This document shows positions 18,270 to 27,390 of a DNA stretch of 35,759 bases, piece after piece; the first letter of the stretch is position 1, and every line of letters starts with the position of its first letter. Source of the DNA: an uncultured Halioglobus sp. (lineage in GTDB: Bacteria; Pseudomonadota; Gammaproteobacteria; Pseudomonadales; Halieaceae). A program made the translations under genes and the position numbers. The notes below the pieces were generated by a model. That model ran no database searches. It had not been told where the DNA came from and was given only the letters and a program-made list of their open reading frames with translations. The stretch spans positions 1-35,759 of the forward strand of contig CAYGOX010000004.1 in the NCBI GenBank assembly GCA_964351485.1, written 5' to 3'.

Positions 18270-19112
18270 ATGGATATTCAGGATTTCAAAGACATTATCT
18301 ACACCCGGGATGACGCAGGTATCGTCACTCTCACCCTCAACATTCCGGGCCGCAAGAACGCGCTGAGCGCGATCACCTTTCTCGAAATCTGTTACGCGCT
18401 GGATCACTTTCAGGCTGACGAGTCAGCGCACGGTATGATTATCACCGGGGCCACCGATCCGGCCAACGAAGATCCGGCTAAAGAGGCTTTCAGCAGCGGC
18501 GGATATTTCAATCCCGATGCGTTTGAGGGAGTTGCTCCGGAAATCATCGAACAGATCGACATGTCAGATATCGCACAGAAAAGCGCGACCCTGAAGTTTT
18601 ACGCCTGTGACAAACCCATCTTCGCGGCCATCAACGGGCTGGCGATTGGCGGGGGATTTACCCTGGCGCTGGCCGGCGCCGACCAGATCTACCTGTCGGA
18701 ACACGCCTGGGTCGAGATGCCTTTCGCCAAACTCGGCATCGCCGCCGAGTTGTCATCGACGTTCCTGCTTCCGCGCCTGCTCGGGTTTCAGAAGGCCAAG
18801 GAACTGTTATTTTTCCCCGGAAAACTCGACGCGCACACCGTGGTCGAGCTGGGCCTGGCCAACGCGGTGATCGCGCACGACGAACTGCTGGACTTTGCCC
18901 GCGAACAGATGCTGCAGCTCATTCCACCACGCGGCGCCGCGCTTTCGATCCGGGAGATGAAACGTATCATGCATCAACCCCATCTCGACGCCCTCGCCCA
19001 GGCCCTGGACCTGGAGAACGAGGCGTTGAACAAACTCATGCGGTCGGAGGATTTCGTCGAGGGCCTCACGGCAAGAGCGCAGCGTCGCGAACCTGTGTTC
19101 AAGGGGCGCTAG
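18270..19112 (+). CDS. Crotonase-superfamily enzyme (enoyl-CoA hydratase/isomerase family, probably isomerase-type)
   Basis: IVTLTLN.P..KNAL, AFSSGG, KPIFAAINGLAIGGG, PFAKLGIAAE, LPRLLG and EDFVEG...RREPVFKGR. Start at MDIQDF (18270). Confidence 0.92.
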   Translation: MDIQDFKDIIYTRDDAGIVTLTLNIPGRKNALSAITFLEICYALDHFQADESAHGMIITGATDPANEDPAKEAFSSGGYFNPDAFEGVAPEIIEQIDMSDIAQKSATLKFYACDKPIFAAINGLAIGGGFTLALAGADQIYLSEHAWVEMPFAKLGIAAELSSTFLLPRLLGFQKAKELLFFPGKLDAHTVVELGLANAVIAHDELLDFAREQMLQLIPPRGAALSIREMKRIMHQPHLDALAQALDLENEALNKLMRSEDFVEGLTARAQRREPVFKGR

Positions 19113-19122
19113 CAGGCAACCT

Positions 19123-20094
19123 GTGAACGAGATAGGCGACTACACAACACAGAAACCCCTGCTGGGCATTGGTTCCTGCCTGGCCGGCAACGCCGTACGC
19201 TATAACGGCCAGACCAAGAAACCCAACGCCCACGTGGTCAGCCTGTGTGAACACTTCGCCACCCGCGCGTTCTGCCCGGAACTCGGCGCGGGCATGGGCG
19301 TGCCACGCCCCCCTATTCACCTGGTGGGCGACGAGAACAACGTGCGTGTGCTGGACGTCGATACGCATACGCAGGATTTCACTGCTCCCATCAGCGCCTA
19401 TGCCCAGCGCGTGCTGGACGAAGCGCCCAACCTCTGTGGCTACATCCTGGTGAAGGGCAGCCCGAGCTGTGGCTATGGCCGGGTAAAACGCTACTCAGAG
19501 AAAGGTCATCACCTGGCCTCGGACCAGAATGGCATTTTCGCCAACGCGCTTCACCGCGCCGACCCGCTGCTGCCGCTGGAAGACGACGGACGACTTAACG
19601 ACGACCGGATTCGCGAATCGTTCGCCACCCGCGCCTGCGCCTATCACGACTGGAAACGCCTGGTATCGCGGGGGCTCAGCGCGCACGCACTGATCGAGTT
19701 CTACACCCGCTACAAGTACCTCGTAATGGCGCACCACGTGCCCAGCTACAAGGCACTGGGAAAAATGCTCGCGGACGCGGGCAATGCCGACATCGAAGCG
19801 CTGTCGAAGGAATTTATAGGTACACTGATGGCGGCGCTGTCTCGCACCACGACACGGGCCAGCCACAGCAACACCCTATTTCACCTGTCGGGGTACCTGA
19901 AACGCAGCATCACGGCGGCGCAGCGGCAGCGACTGGCAGAACTTATCGAGAGCTACCGGGTGGGGGATATTCCACTGATCGTGCCGATCACGATGCTCAG
20001 GCACTACTTCACGGACATGCCCGACGCGTACATCAACAGCCAGGTGTTTTTTACGCCCTACCCGGACGAACTGAATCTGCGCAACCACCTCTGA
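19123..20094 (+). CDS. DUF523 + DUF1722 protein (YbgA family; TudS-like Fe-S domain)
   Basis: GIGSCLAGNAVRYNG, FCPELGAGMGVPRPPI, KGSPSCG, EDDGRLND, KYLVMAH, HLSGYLK and PYPDELNLRN. Confidence 0.92.
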   Translation: MNEIGDYTTQKPLLGIGSCLAGNAVRYNGQTKKPNAHVVSLCEHFATRAFCPELGAGMGVPRPPIHLVGDENNVRVLDVDTHTQDFTAPISAYAQRVLDEAPNLCGYILVKGSPSCGYGRVKRYSEKGHHLASDQNGIFANALHRADPLLPLEDDGRLNDDRIRESFATRACAYHDWKRLVSRGLSAHALIEFYTRYKYLVMAHHVPSYKALGKMLADAGNADIEALSKEFIGTLMAALSRTTTRASHSNTLFHLSGYLKRSITAAQRQRLAELIESYRVGDIPLIVPITMLRHYFTDMPDAYINSQVFFTPYPDELNLRNHL

Positions 20095-20100
20095 GACAGG

Positions 20101-20122
20101 GGCCGTTGCCGGCGCAACGGCC
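20101..20122. terminator. GC-rich hairpin between convergent genes (possible bidirectional terminator)
   Basis: GGCCGTTGC-CGGC-GCAACGGCC forms a perfect 9-bp stem between the stops at 20094 (+) and 20122 (-). No strong U-tract. Confidence 0.5.
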
Positions 20123-20343
20123 TACTCCTGTTCGCGCTGATAGGCGAACCTGGGCACCGTGCTGCCCTCGTGCTCAACCACCTCGGTGAACATGGCCAGC
20201 GGCCGCACCCACCACGTACGATCACCGTACAGCGGATGGTAGACGACCAACTGTTCCTCAGTCTCTGAATGCCTTGCCACCCCCATGACCCGGTACTCGC
20301 TACCCTTGAAGTGGCGGTAGATACCCGGCTTGAGATTCGCCAA
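20122..20343 (-). CDS. DUF1653 family protein
   Basis: LKPGIYRHFKG.EY.V.GVARHSETEEQLVVY.PLYG...WVRPLAMF..V...G..VPRF. Confidence 0.93.
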   Translation of the reverse strand: MANLKPGIYRHFKGSEYRVMGVARHSETEEQLVVYHPLYGDRTWWVRPLAMFTEVVEHEGSTVPRFAYQREQE

Positions 20344-20346
20344 GCG

Positions 20347-20820
20347 CTAGGACCCCACCGGCGAGAAGATCAGGATGGGAATGTGCCGAACTCCCTCCAC
20401 GCGTGCCCGGTATTCCTTGTAATCGGGATACATGGCCTCCAGCTGGGGCCACAGCGCGGCCTCTTCCTCGGGGTTGGCCTCGCGCATGCGGTAAGTCCGC
20501 TTCTGGTTCCCGATCTGGATATCGGAGGTGTCGGCCGCTGCCACGTTGTAGTACCACACCGGCAGTTTTGTCATACCACCCTTGGACGCCGTCATCACGA
20601 CATCTTCGCCCTGGCGCAGGTAGAGCAGCGGGACTTTACGCACCTTGCCCGTCTTGCGGCCAACGGTGGTCAGAATGGCGACAGGGCCGCCCTGGAAGGT
20701 ATTCCAGAGACGCCCACCGGTTAGCTCGTAGACCGTAGTCTGAAATTTCCCCAGACGGTTTATCAGGAAGCTGCCAAATTTTTCCTGGCCTTCCGTGTAG
20801 GGTTTTATCTGATCGGTCAT
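20347..20820 (-). CDS. Nitroreductase-family deazaflavin-dependent oxidoreductase (Ddn-like, FDOR-A)
   Basis: YELTGGRL, LTTVGRKTGKVRKVPL, ASKGG..KLPVWYYN, YPDYKEY and RHIPILI. Start at MTDQIK (20820) with GGAGG upstream. Confidence 0.9.
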   Translation of the reverse strand: MTDQIKPYTEGQEKFGSFLINRLGKFQTTVYELTGGRLWNTFQGGPVAILTTVGRKTGKVRKVPLLYLRQGEDVVMTASKGGMTKLPVWYYNVAAADTSDIQIGNQKRTYRMREANPEEEAALWPQLEAMYPDYKEYRARVEGVRHIPILIFSPVGS

Positions 20821-20966
20821 ATGAAGCCTCCGGGTATGTCCTGGATCGAGCGAGTATCTGACCCGACCGCGCATTCGTCAACACGGTGATCACTTGCACG
20901 CGGTGAGCCGACTACTATGATGTACCACATACCAATACTGACCTGTCCGACACGACGCGCCCACTT

Positions 20967-23900
20967 ATGAAAAAACTACTCGCTGCCCTGCTCGCCCTGC
21001 CACTTGTTCTCGCCCTGCTGTTAGCCATCGGCGTAGGCATTGGGCTGCAACAGGGCCTGGTGTCGCGTTCGGACCTGGCCTTTCTCTACGACCTGGGCAA
21101 ACGCAGTGGCATACCCGCCGTCATCGCGGTGATCCGGGCCGAGGTATACGGTGTCGACACCAGCGCCTCGAGCGATCCGTCCTATGGCCGGGTGCAGGTC
21201 GAGGGGCGCGGTCACGCCCCCTGGGTAATCCGCGGCAATCTCGACGAGCGCCCGCGCATGATCAAGTTCGCACTGGCCCCCGGACTGTGGGCAGCCTATG
21301 CAGTGGAATCGCAATCACTGTACCAGGTGTGGGAAGGTGACGTGCTGTTCGAGGGCGCAGCCTATAACTACCAGCACGGCCCACAGCCAGCGAGCAGCGG
21401 TCGCTGGTTTCTGCGCGATGCCGAGGGTGCGCGCTGGACCATTCTGCAGGCGGGCGTTGAATACCCGGCAGAGGTTCGCTATCTGGGCCACGAGTACAGT
21501 GCGGGGCGCTCACGCGCTGCCATGCGTTTCACGCTCTCGGCCAATGCGATCACGCTGGAGCTGACAGAGAAGCCCGACATTGAAGACAAATCGCCCTCAC
21601 GCGCGCTGGTGCGCGAATTTGAAAGGCACGACACATTTTCCGATGCACACGCAGTGTTTTATACCGGCACCGGCGAGCGCCACGTGGCGCAGGGCCGACT
21701 GCTCTTCGCACTGGACAACCCGACACCGATTCCGGAGCGCATCGCGACCGGCGCGGGCAAGTCTGCCCCCGCCCAGGATATCGTCAGCCGCGGCGAAGCG
21801 GTGATCAGCGCGAGCGACTGCCTGGGGTGCCACGGTGAGCAGCACCGTATCGCCGGGCCGGCCTGGACCCAGATCTCCGGCAAATTTCGCGGCCGCGTTC
21901 AGCCCGAGGTCGTCGACGTACTTGCCCGCAAGGTTATCGACGGCGCCCAGGGCACCTGGGGCCCGGTACCCATGCCGCCACATCCGGACATGAGCCTGGA
22001 GGATGCGCAGGCTGCGGTCACCTACGTGCTCAGCGTGGGTGAACCTGAAACCGGGCTCGATGGCCCGGTGGACGCCAACGGCGAGCCCTACCCATCCACC
22101 TACAGTTACGATGTCCTGCCACGGCTAACGAGCCTTCACCCGTCATTCGAGATCGACAACCTGGCACCACCGGGCTTCGAGCCCAGGGTCGGCGGCATGG
22201 GCTTCCTGAGCGACGGCACGCTGGTGCTGGCCAGTTGGGATATCGACGGGGCCGTGTACCTGGTCGATCCGGAGGCTCCCGAATCGGCCCGCGTGCGTCG
22301 AATTGCCGAGGGGCTGCACGAACCGCTGGGACTGGCCACCGTCAATGACCGTATTTTCGTCCTGCAAAAACAGGAAATCACAGAGCTGGTCGATCGCGAC
22401 GGCGATGGCATCACCGACGTGTACCGCGCGCACTCCTACGATTGGACCGCCAATCCGAATTTCCACTCTTTTGCGTTTGGGCTGCTGCACCGTGACGACG
22501 CACTGTATTTCCTGCTCTCCATCTGCGTACTGCCCGGCGGTGCCAGCTGTCCGGAACAGGAAGCGACGCAGGGCAAGCTGCTCCGTGCGTCGCTCGACGA
22601 CGGCCGCGTTGAAGTCGTCGCGTCGGGCTTTCGCACGCCCAATGGCATTGACGTCGGGCCCGACGGTGCGGTGTATGTCACCGACAACCAGGGCGACTGG
22701 CTGCCTGCCAGCAAACTGGTGCGGATCGAGCCGGGCGCCTTCTATGGTTCCCGCGCAGTCGACGGCCCGGCCGTTGCAACGCGCGCCGAGTCGCCGCCGG
22801 TCGCCTGGCTGCCGCAGGACGAGGTGGGCAACTCACCGACGCAACCGCTGCTGCTGAGCGAGGGGCCCTACGCGGGACAAATGATTCACGGTGACGTGTA
22901 CAACGGCGGAATCAAGCGCGTCTTTATCGAGGAGGTCGCGGGACAACTACAGGGCGCAGCTTTTCATTTCACGGGCGGATTGCAGGCGCCGGTCAATCGC
23001 CTGCTCCGCGGTGCCGATGGCGCCATCTATGTCGGCGAGGCCGGCAGCCGGCCCAACTGGGGCGAGTACGGCAAGCCATGGTACGGACTGGAACGCCTGC
23101 GCTACGTCGGCAACAACGCCTTCGAAATCCGCGCCGTGCGCCTTCAGGGCGACGGCCTGGAGATAGAGCTGACACAACCGCTGTCACCCGACATCACGCC
23201 CACGCCCGAGGATGTACGCATCGAGCAGTGGTTCTACCACCCCAATGAACAATACGGCGGACCAAAATATGATGTAACCCCGCTGGCAGCCGACGCTGTC
23301 GGTCTTAACGAGGACGGGACCCGGCTACGCATCGCAGTGGAGGGCCTGAAGGCAGGCTATGTTGCCTATATCGCGCTCGATGACCGCCTGCGCAGTCATA
23401 CTGGTGACCCGCTGTGGACGGCCGAAGCCTGGTATACGATCAACGCAATGCCCGCCGATGCAACGGCCGCCGTGAATACTGTCAGCCAGGCAACCTGCGA
23501 AGACGATTCGGAACTCCTGTTCGATGGCAAAACGCTCAGCGGGTGGCGCAACTACGGCAGCGAGTCCACCGAGGTCAGGAAATGGCAGGTAGACAATGGC
23601 GTCCTGGCACTCAAGCAGGAAAGCCGCTTCCCCTGGTGGGATATGATAAAGAGCGCCCTGTTCGGCGGCCCCAGCGGTGACCTGATCTACTACCGGGAGA
23701 AATTCCGCGATTTCGAACTCAGCCTGGAATGGAAGATCAGCGAAAACGGCAACAGCGGCATTTTCTATCTCGTGGCGGACGAGGAAGAAAAGATGCCCTG
23801 GGAGACCGGGCCGGAAATGCAGGTGCTGGACAACGACGGGCATCTCGACGGTCGCGTCACGACGCACCGCGCGGGCGACCTGTACGACCTCGTCTCGGCA

Positions 23901-24155
23901 GTGCCGGAAACGGTGTTACCGCCGGGCCAATGGAACAAGGTCAGGATTCGCGTGAAGAACAACCAGATCGAACACTGGCTCAACGGCGAGCGCGTGGTAC
24001 AGATCGAGCGCGGCGGCGAGCGCTGGAACACACTGGTGGCGGGCAGCAAGTACATCGACATGCCGCGCTTCGGTACCGCCGATGAAGGCTACATCGTACT
24101 GCAGGATCACGGCGACGCGGTGTGGTACCGCAATATCCGGATTCGTCGCCTATAG
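20967..24155 (+). CDS. Membrane-anchored or exported multidomain protein: c-type cytochrome + sugar/sorbosone-dehydrogenase-like beta-propeller + C-terminal DUF1080 (3-keto-disaccharide hydrolase) domain
   Basis: N-terminal hydrophobic helix; SDCLGCH (21819-21833) with IAGPAW and WGPVPMPPH; propeller motifs GLHEPLGL, SGFRTPNGI and TDNQGDWLPASKL; DUF1080 motifs LFDGKTLSGW, NSGIFY, GPEMQVLD and LQDHGDAVWYRNIRIRRL. Confidence 0.88.
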   Translation: MKKLLAALLALPLVLALLLAIGVGIGLQQGLVSRSDLAFLYDLGKRSGIPAVIAVIRAEVYGVDTSASSDPSYGRVQVEGRGHAPWVIRGNLDERPRMIKFALAPGLWAAYAVESQSLYQVWEGDVLFEGAAYNYQHGPQPASSGRWFLRDAEGARWTILQAGVEYPAEVRYLGHEYSAGRSRAAMRFTLSANAITLELTEKPDIEDKSPSRALVREFERHDTFSDAHAVFYTGTGERHVAQGRLLFALDNPTPIPERIATGAGKSAPAQDIVSRGEAVISASDCLGCHGEQHRIAGPAWTQISGKFRGRVQPEVVDVLARKVIDGAQGTWGPVPMPPHPDMSLEDAQAAVTYVLSVGEPETGLDGPVDANGEPYPSTYSYDVLPRLTSLHPSFEIDNLAPPGFEPRVGGMGFLSDGTLVLASWDIDGAVYLVDPEAPESARVRRIAEGLHEPLGLATVNDRIFVLQKQEITELVDRDGDGITDVYRAHSYDWTANPNFHSFAFGLLHRDDALYFLLSICVLPGGASCPEQEATQGKLLRASLDDGRVEVVASGFRTPNGIDVGPDGAVYVTDNQGDWLPASKLVRIEPGAFYGSRAVDGPAVATRAESPPVAWLPQDEVGNSPTQPLLLSEGPYAGQMIHGDVYNGGIKRVFIEEVAGQLQGAAFHFTGGLQAPVNRLLRGADGAIYVGEAGSRPNWGEYGKPWYGLERLRYVGNNAFEIRAVRLQGDGLEIELTQPLSPDITPTPEDVRIEQWFYHPNEQYGGPKYDVTPLAADAVGLNEDGTRLRIAVEGLKAGYVAYIALDDRLRSHTGDPLWTAEAWYTINAMPADATAAVNTVSQATCEDDSELLFDGKTLSGWRNYGSESTEVRKWQVDNGVLALKQESRFPWWDMIKSALFGGPSGDLIYYREKFRDFELSLEWKISENGNSGIFYLVADEEEKMPWETGPEMQVLDNDGHLDGRVTTHRAGDLYDLVSAVPETVLPPGQWNKVRIRVKNNQIEHWLNGERVVQIERGGERWNTLVAGSKYIDMPRFGTADEGYIVLQDHGDAVWYRNIRIRRL

Positions 24156-24767
24156 GCTGGTCATCAAAAAGCCCGTGAGCGCCGCGTTGTTGGGCGCGAG
24201 CCGATCCGAGACCGTATCGCGAATGTCTTTCAGCAGGCGCTGGTAGCCGCGGTAGAAGGCCCAGGTTGGCTGCGGGCGGTATTGCAAGTCGTCCACCTCC
24301 AGTGCGGCGAGAATCCCCTTGGCTGTCGTCGGTTTGACAAACGCCTCGCGCTGCGGGAACACGTAGAAGGGAATCACCGATACGACCGACCATTTGGCGA
24401 CACCGTGCGGCTGCAACATACCGACCAGTTCTTCGAAACCGCGCTGCCTGGCACGACCATACAGACGCAGCTCCAGCGCCTGGGCAAACGCCGCCTTTTC
24501 GTCACTGTTGAGGCATTGGACAAAATCACGGAACTTCGGTTTTTCAAAGCGCGACACCATGGAGGATCGGCTGACAATTTTCAATGCAGTGTCGACCACG
24601 TGTACCGGCCGGTGGAACTTTTCGCGCGCCAGTTCTCGGCGCGCGAACTCTGTCAGCTTGTCGACGTTGTGCTTTTTCTTGATGGACGCGAGACCCGGAT
24701 CATCAAAGCCTGCGGGGTACTGGCCGAGGAATCGGGCCTCGGCCTCGAGGAGTCTGGTACGGTTCAC
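24150..24767 (-). CDS. Hypothetical protein (205 aa)
   Basis: Coding-like ORF with conserved-looking blocks YPAGFDDP, KKHNVDKL, SMVSRFEKPKFRD, AKWSVVS, FVKPTTAK, YRPQPTWAFY and NNAALTGFLM. Its stop overlaps the convergent gene's stop (CTATAG). Confidence 0.8.
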   Translation of the reverse strand: MNRTRLLEAEARFLGQYPAGFDDPGLASIKKKHNVDKLTEFARRELAREKFHRPVHVVDTALKIVSRSSMVSRFEKPKFRDFVQCLNSDEKAAFAQALELRLYGRARQRGFEELVGMLQPHGVAKWSVVSVIPFYVFPQREAFVKPTTAKGILAALEVDDLQYRPQPTWAFYRGYQRLLKDIRDTVSDRLAPNNAALTGFLMTSL

Positions 24768-24802
24768 GCCGGCGCCTCTGACTGCGGGATGATACCCGCA
24801 CT

Positions 24803-26299
24803 CTAGCTGGCCCGGCGCAAATCATCCAGTGATTCGGGCAGCCCTGCCTCGTTGATGATCTGGGCGTGATAACGCGCCAGCTCGCCCGGTTCCCGGACAC
24901 CGCAAGAGTGCGCGATAACCTCCACCTCATGCATCATGGTGGTGGCGTAACTGGCCACGCGGTGCGCCTTGTCGGCCGGCACCAGCCCTCGCTGCAAATC
25001 CCTGTCATGCGTGGTAATACCCGTCGGACAGGTATTCTTGTTGCACTGCAGGGCCTGGATACAACCGAGTGCGAGCATGAAGCCCCGCGCGGAGTTGGCA
25101 CAATCGGCGCCCATGCAAAGCGCCGCCGCAACATCGGCCGGGTTGATCAATTTGCCCGAAGCCACCACCCGGATGCGATCTCGCAGCCCGTGCGCCTTCA
25201 GCTTGTCGATCAGGATCGGCAGGCTGCGCCGCAGCGGCAGGCCAACATTGTCGATCAGGCTCTGGGGCGCGGCCCCGGTACCACCGTCGGCGCTGTCTAC
25301 CGAGAAGTAGTCCGGCGCATAGTCCAGCCCCTTCTCCTTGATCGCGGTGAACAGCGCATCGAGCCACTCTGTCTGGCCCAGCACAGCCTTGATACCCACG
25401 GGCTTGCCGGTGACGGTGCGAATGCGGTGAATCATGTTGAGCAGATCTTCGTCGCAAGCGATGTCGGGATGACGATTGGGACTGATGGAATCCACGCCCT
25501 CGGGAATGCCCCGTGTCCGGGCGATGATCGCGTCGACCTTTTCACCGGGCAGGATACCGCCCTTGCCGGGTTTGGCGCCCTGCGACAGCTTGATCTCGAA
25601 CATCCGCACTTTTTCGTGCGCTGCAACCTCTCGCAGCCGGTTATCACACAGCTCGCCACTGTCATCCCGCACGCCGTACTTGGCGGTACCGATCTGGAAC
25701 ACGAGGTCGCAACCGCCTTCCAGGTGATAGGGCGAAATCGCGCCCTCGCCCGTGTTCAGCCAGATGTTGGCCTCACGCGCGCCCTTGGAAAGCGCGAGGA
25801 CGGCCGGCGCTGACAGTGCGCCATAGCTCATCGCGGAAATGTTGAAAAACGAGGTCGTGGAATACGGCTTCTCGGCAAACCCCATACCGAAGACGATATC
25901 GCGCCGCGGGAGCGCCTCTTCTTCCAATGGAGGATAGGGTCCATTGAGAAACAGGAAATCTCCGGGAGTATTGATGGGATGGGTCGAACCAAAGGCCACC
26001 GTGGAATCCACATTCTTGGCGGCGCGGTATACCCAGGAGCGCTGCGCGCGGTTGAATGGCAATTCCTCGCGATCCTGCGCAAAGAAATACTGGCGGAAGA
26101 AACTCCCCATATGCTCGAAGAGGTAGCGGAATCGCCCGATCACAGGATAGTTGCGGCGGATGGTCTGCGCCGTCTGCGTCCTGTCCACGATATACATATA
26201 GGCCACGGCAACGAGCAGACCGGCCAGGGTCAGGGAAATCCCTACTGCCAGGATTTCCAGAAACACGCGGGTGAATCCCCACAGAGAATCCATATTCAT
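24803..26299 (-). CDS. FMN-binding glutamate synthase family protein (stand-alone FMN/3Fe-4S domain with N-terminal TM helix)
   Basis: NYPVIGRFRY, ISAMSYGALS, NTGEGAIS, EIKLSQGAKPGKGGILP, GGTGAAP, CIQALQCNKNTCPTG (3Fe-4S). No amidotransferase domain. Confidence 0.93.
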   Translation of the reverse strand: MNMDSLWGFTRVFLEILAVGISLTLAGLLVAVAYMYIVDRTQTAQTIRRNYPVIGRFRYLFEHMGSFFRQYFFAQDREELPFNRAQRSWVYRAAKNVDSTVAFGSTHPINTPGDFLFLNGPYPPLEEEALPRRDIVFGMGFAEKPYSTTSFFNISAMSYGALSAPAVLALSKGAREANIWLNTGEGAISPYHLEGGCDLVFQIGTAKYGVRDDSGELCDNRLREVAAHEKVRMFEIKLSQGAKPGKGGILPGEKVDAIIARTRGIPEGVDSISPNRHPDIACDEDLLNMIHRIRTVTGKPVGIKAVLGQTEWLDALFTAIKEKGLDYAPDYFSVDSADGGTGAAPQSLIDNVGLPLRRSLPILIDKLKAHGLRDRIRVVASGKLINPADVAAALCMGADCANSARGFMLALGCIQALQCNKNTCPTGITTHDRDLQRGLVPADKAHRVASYATTMMHEVEVIAHSCGVREPGELARYHAQIINEAGLPESLDDLRRAS

Positions 26300-26374
26300 T
26301 ATTGTTGTCCTCCAGTGTCTTGATTTAGTTTCGGCGCTTACTGGAACCGCGCCTGTGCTGCGAGGCAGTGCTCC

Positions 26375-27247
26375 CTAGCGGAACATCGCCATCGCAGCTG
26401 CGTACTCCTCACTGTTTTCATCCAGTTCATCCACTTCCACATCCGTCTGGATATCGAGCTTGCGAAACGCGGGCAGCGCAGCCAGTTCCTCGGGAGTGCG
26501 GTGCTGGCGGGTGTTGAGGTGACTTTGCAAACTCGCCACCTGCACCACGTCAACCAGCTCCGGTTCGTTGGCGGCGTTGCGCTCAAAGTCCGGGTAGTGT
26601 TCGACGACGTTAATGAGCTTGACGGGAAAATCCCAGCTCACCAGAACAGCCACGCCGATCGGCGCCGCGAGCGCATCCACCAGCGCCTCAAACGATGCAT
26701 CGTTCTCAAACAGCTCCGGGTGCCGCTCTGCCTTGGTCAGCAGCGGCAACACACAGATGTTATAAATAAGGCCTGCCAGCATCGCCTCATCCGCCTCAAT
26801 ACCCGGCACCCTGCCGGCCAGGACCTGACAGCGGGCGGAGACATCAGTATTCAGATCCCAAATACCGCGCAGCCGCTGCTCGGCACTGGCTGAGGTGGAG
26901 GAGAACATCTGCTGCATCGCAAGGCTTGATACCAGGTTCTTGACCACCTTGAAGCCCAGGCGCGAAACCGCCATCGGCACAGAATCGACCGCCTGACGAC
27001 CCCGGTAGAGCGGACTGTTGGATACCTTGATTAACTGCGAGGACAGGGTCGGGTCGGTTCTGATCAGGTCGGCCAGGTCAGCCAGCGAGGCGTCGGGATC
27101 GGCCGCCATGTCACTGACGCGCAGCGTCACTTCGGGCAGCATTGGCAGGACCAGATCGCCGCTGTGCAACTCCCCGAGAATCTCGTTGCTGAACCCCTCA
27201 ATTGAAACGTCCTGGACCGCCATGACGCTCTCGCTACCAACACCCAT
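26375..27247 (-). CDS. HDOD domain protein
   Basis: LVLPMLPEV, IRTDPTLSSQLIKVSNSPLYRG, AVSRLGF, AMLAGLIYNIC and VSWDFP. Start placed at ATG 27247 (AGGAG 7 nt upstream); 27223 is an alternative. Confidence 0.9.
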   Translation of the reverse strand: MGVGSESVMAVQDVSIEGFSNEILGELHSGDLVLPMLPEVTLRVSDMAADPDASLADLADLIRTDPTLSSQLIKVSNSPLYRGRQAVDSVPMAVSRLGFKVVKNLVSSLAMQQMFSSTSASAEQRLRGIWDLNTDVSARCQVLAGRVPGIEADEAMLAGLIYNICVLPLLTKAERHPELFENDASFEALVDALAAPIGVAVLVSWDFPVKLINVVEHYPDFERNAANEPELVDVVQVASLQSHLNTRQHRTPEELAALPAFRKLDIQTDVEVDELDENSEEYAAAMAMFR

Positions 27248-27390
27248 AGACCAACTCCTGTTACCTGCCATCAAGTTCACTCCGGGCAGACGCCCGGTAT
27301 CACCGGGTATCGACAGAAGAAGCGGTAAACTTTAGGTTAACAGGACAAAATCAGGGGAGAATCCACGCCGCAAGCTATTGTTTTTATTGA

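Noticed and set aside
24866-25813. 315-aa plus-strand ORF
   Set aside because: Antisense to the FMN glutamate-synthase-family gene.
24803-26299. Calling this gene gltB
   Set aside because: Only the FMN/3Fe-4S domain is present. There is no glutamine amidotransferase domain or neighbouring gltD.
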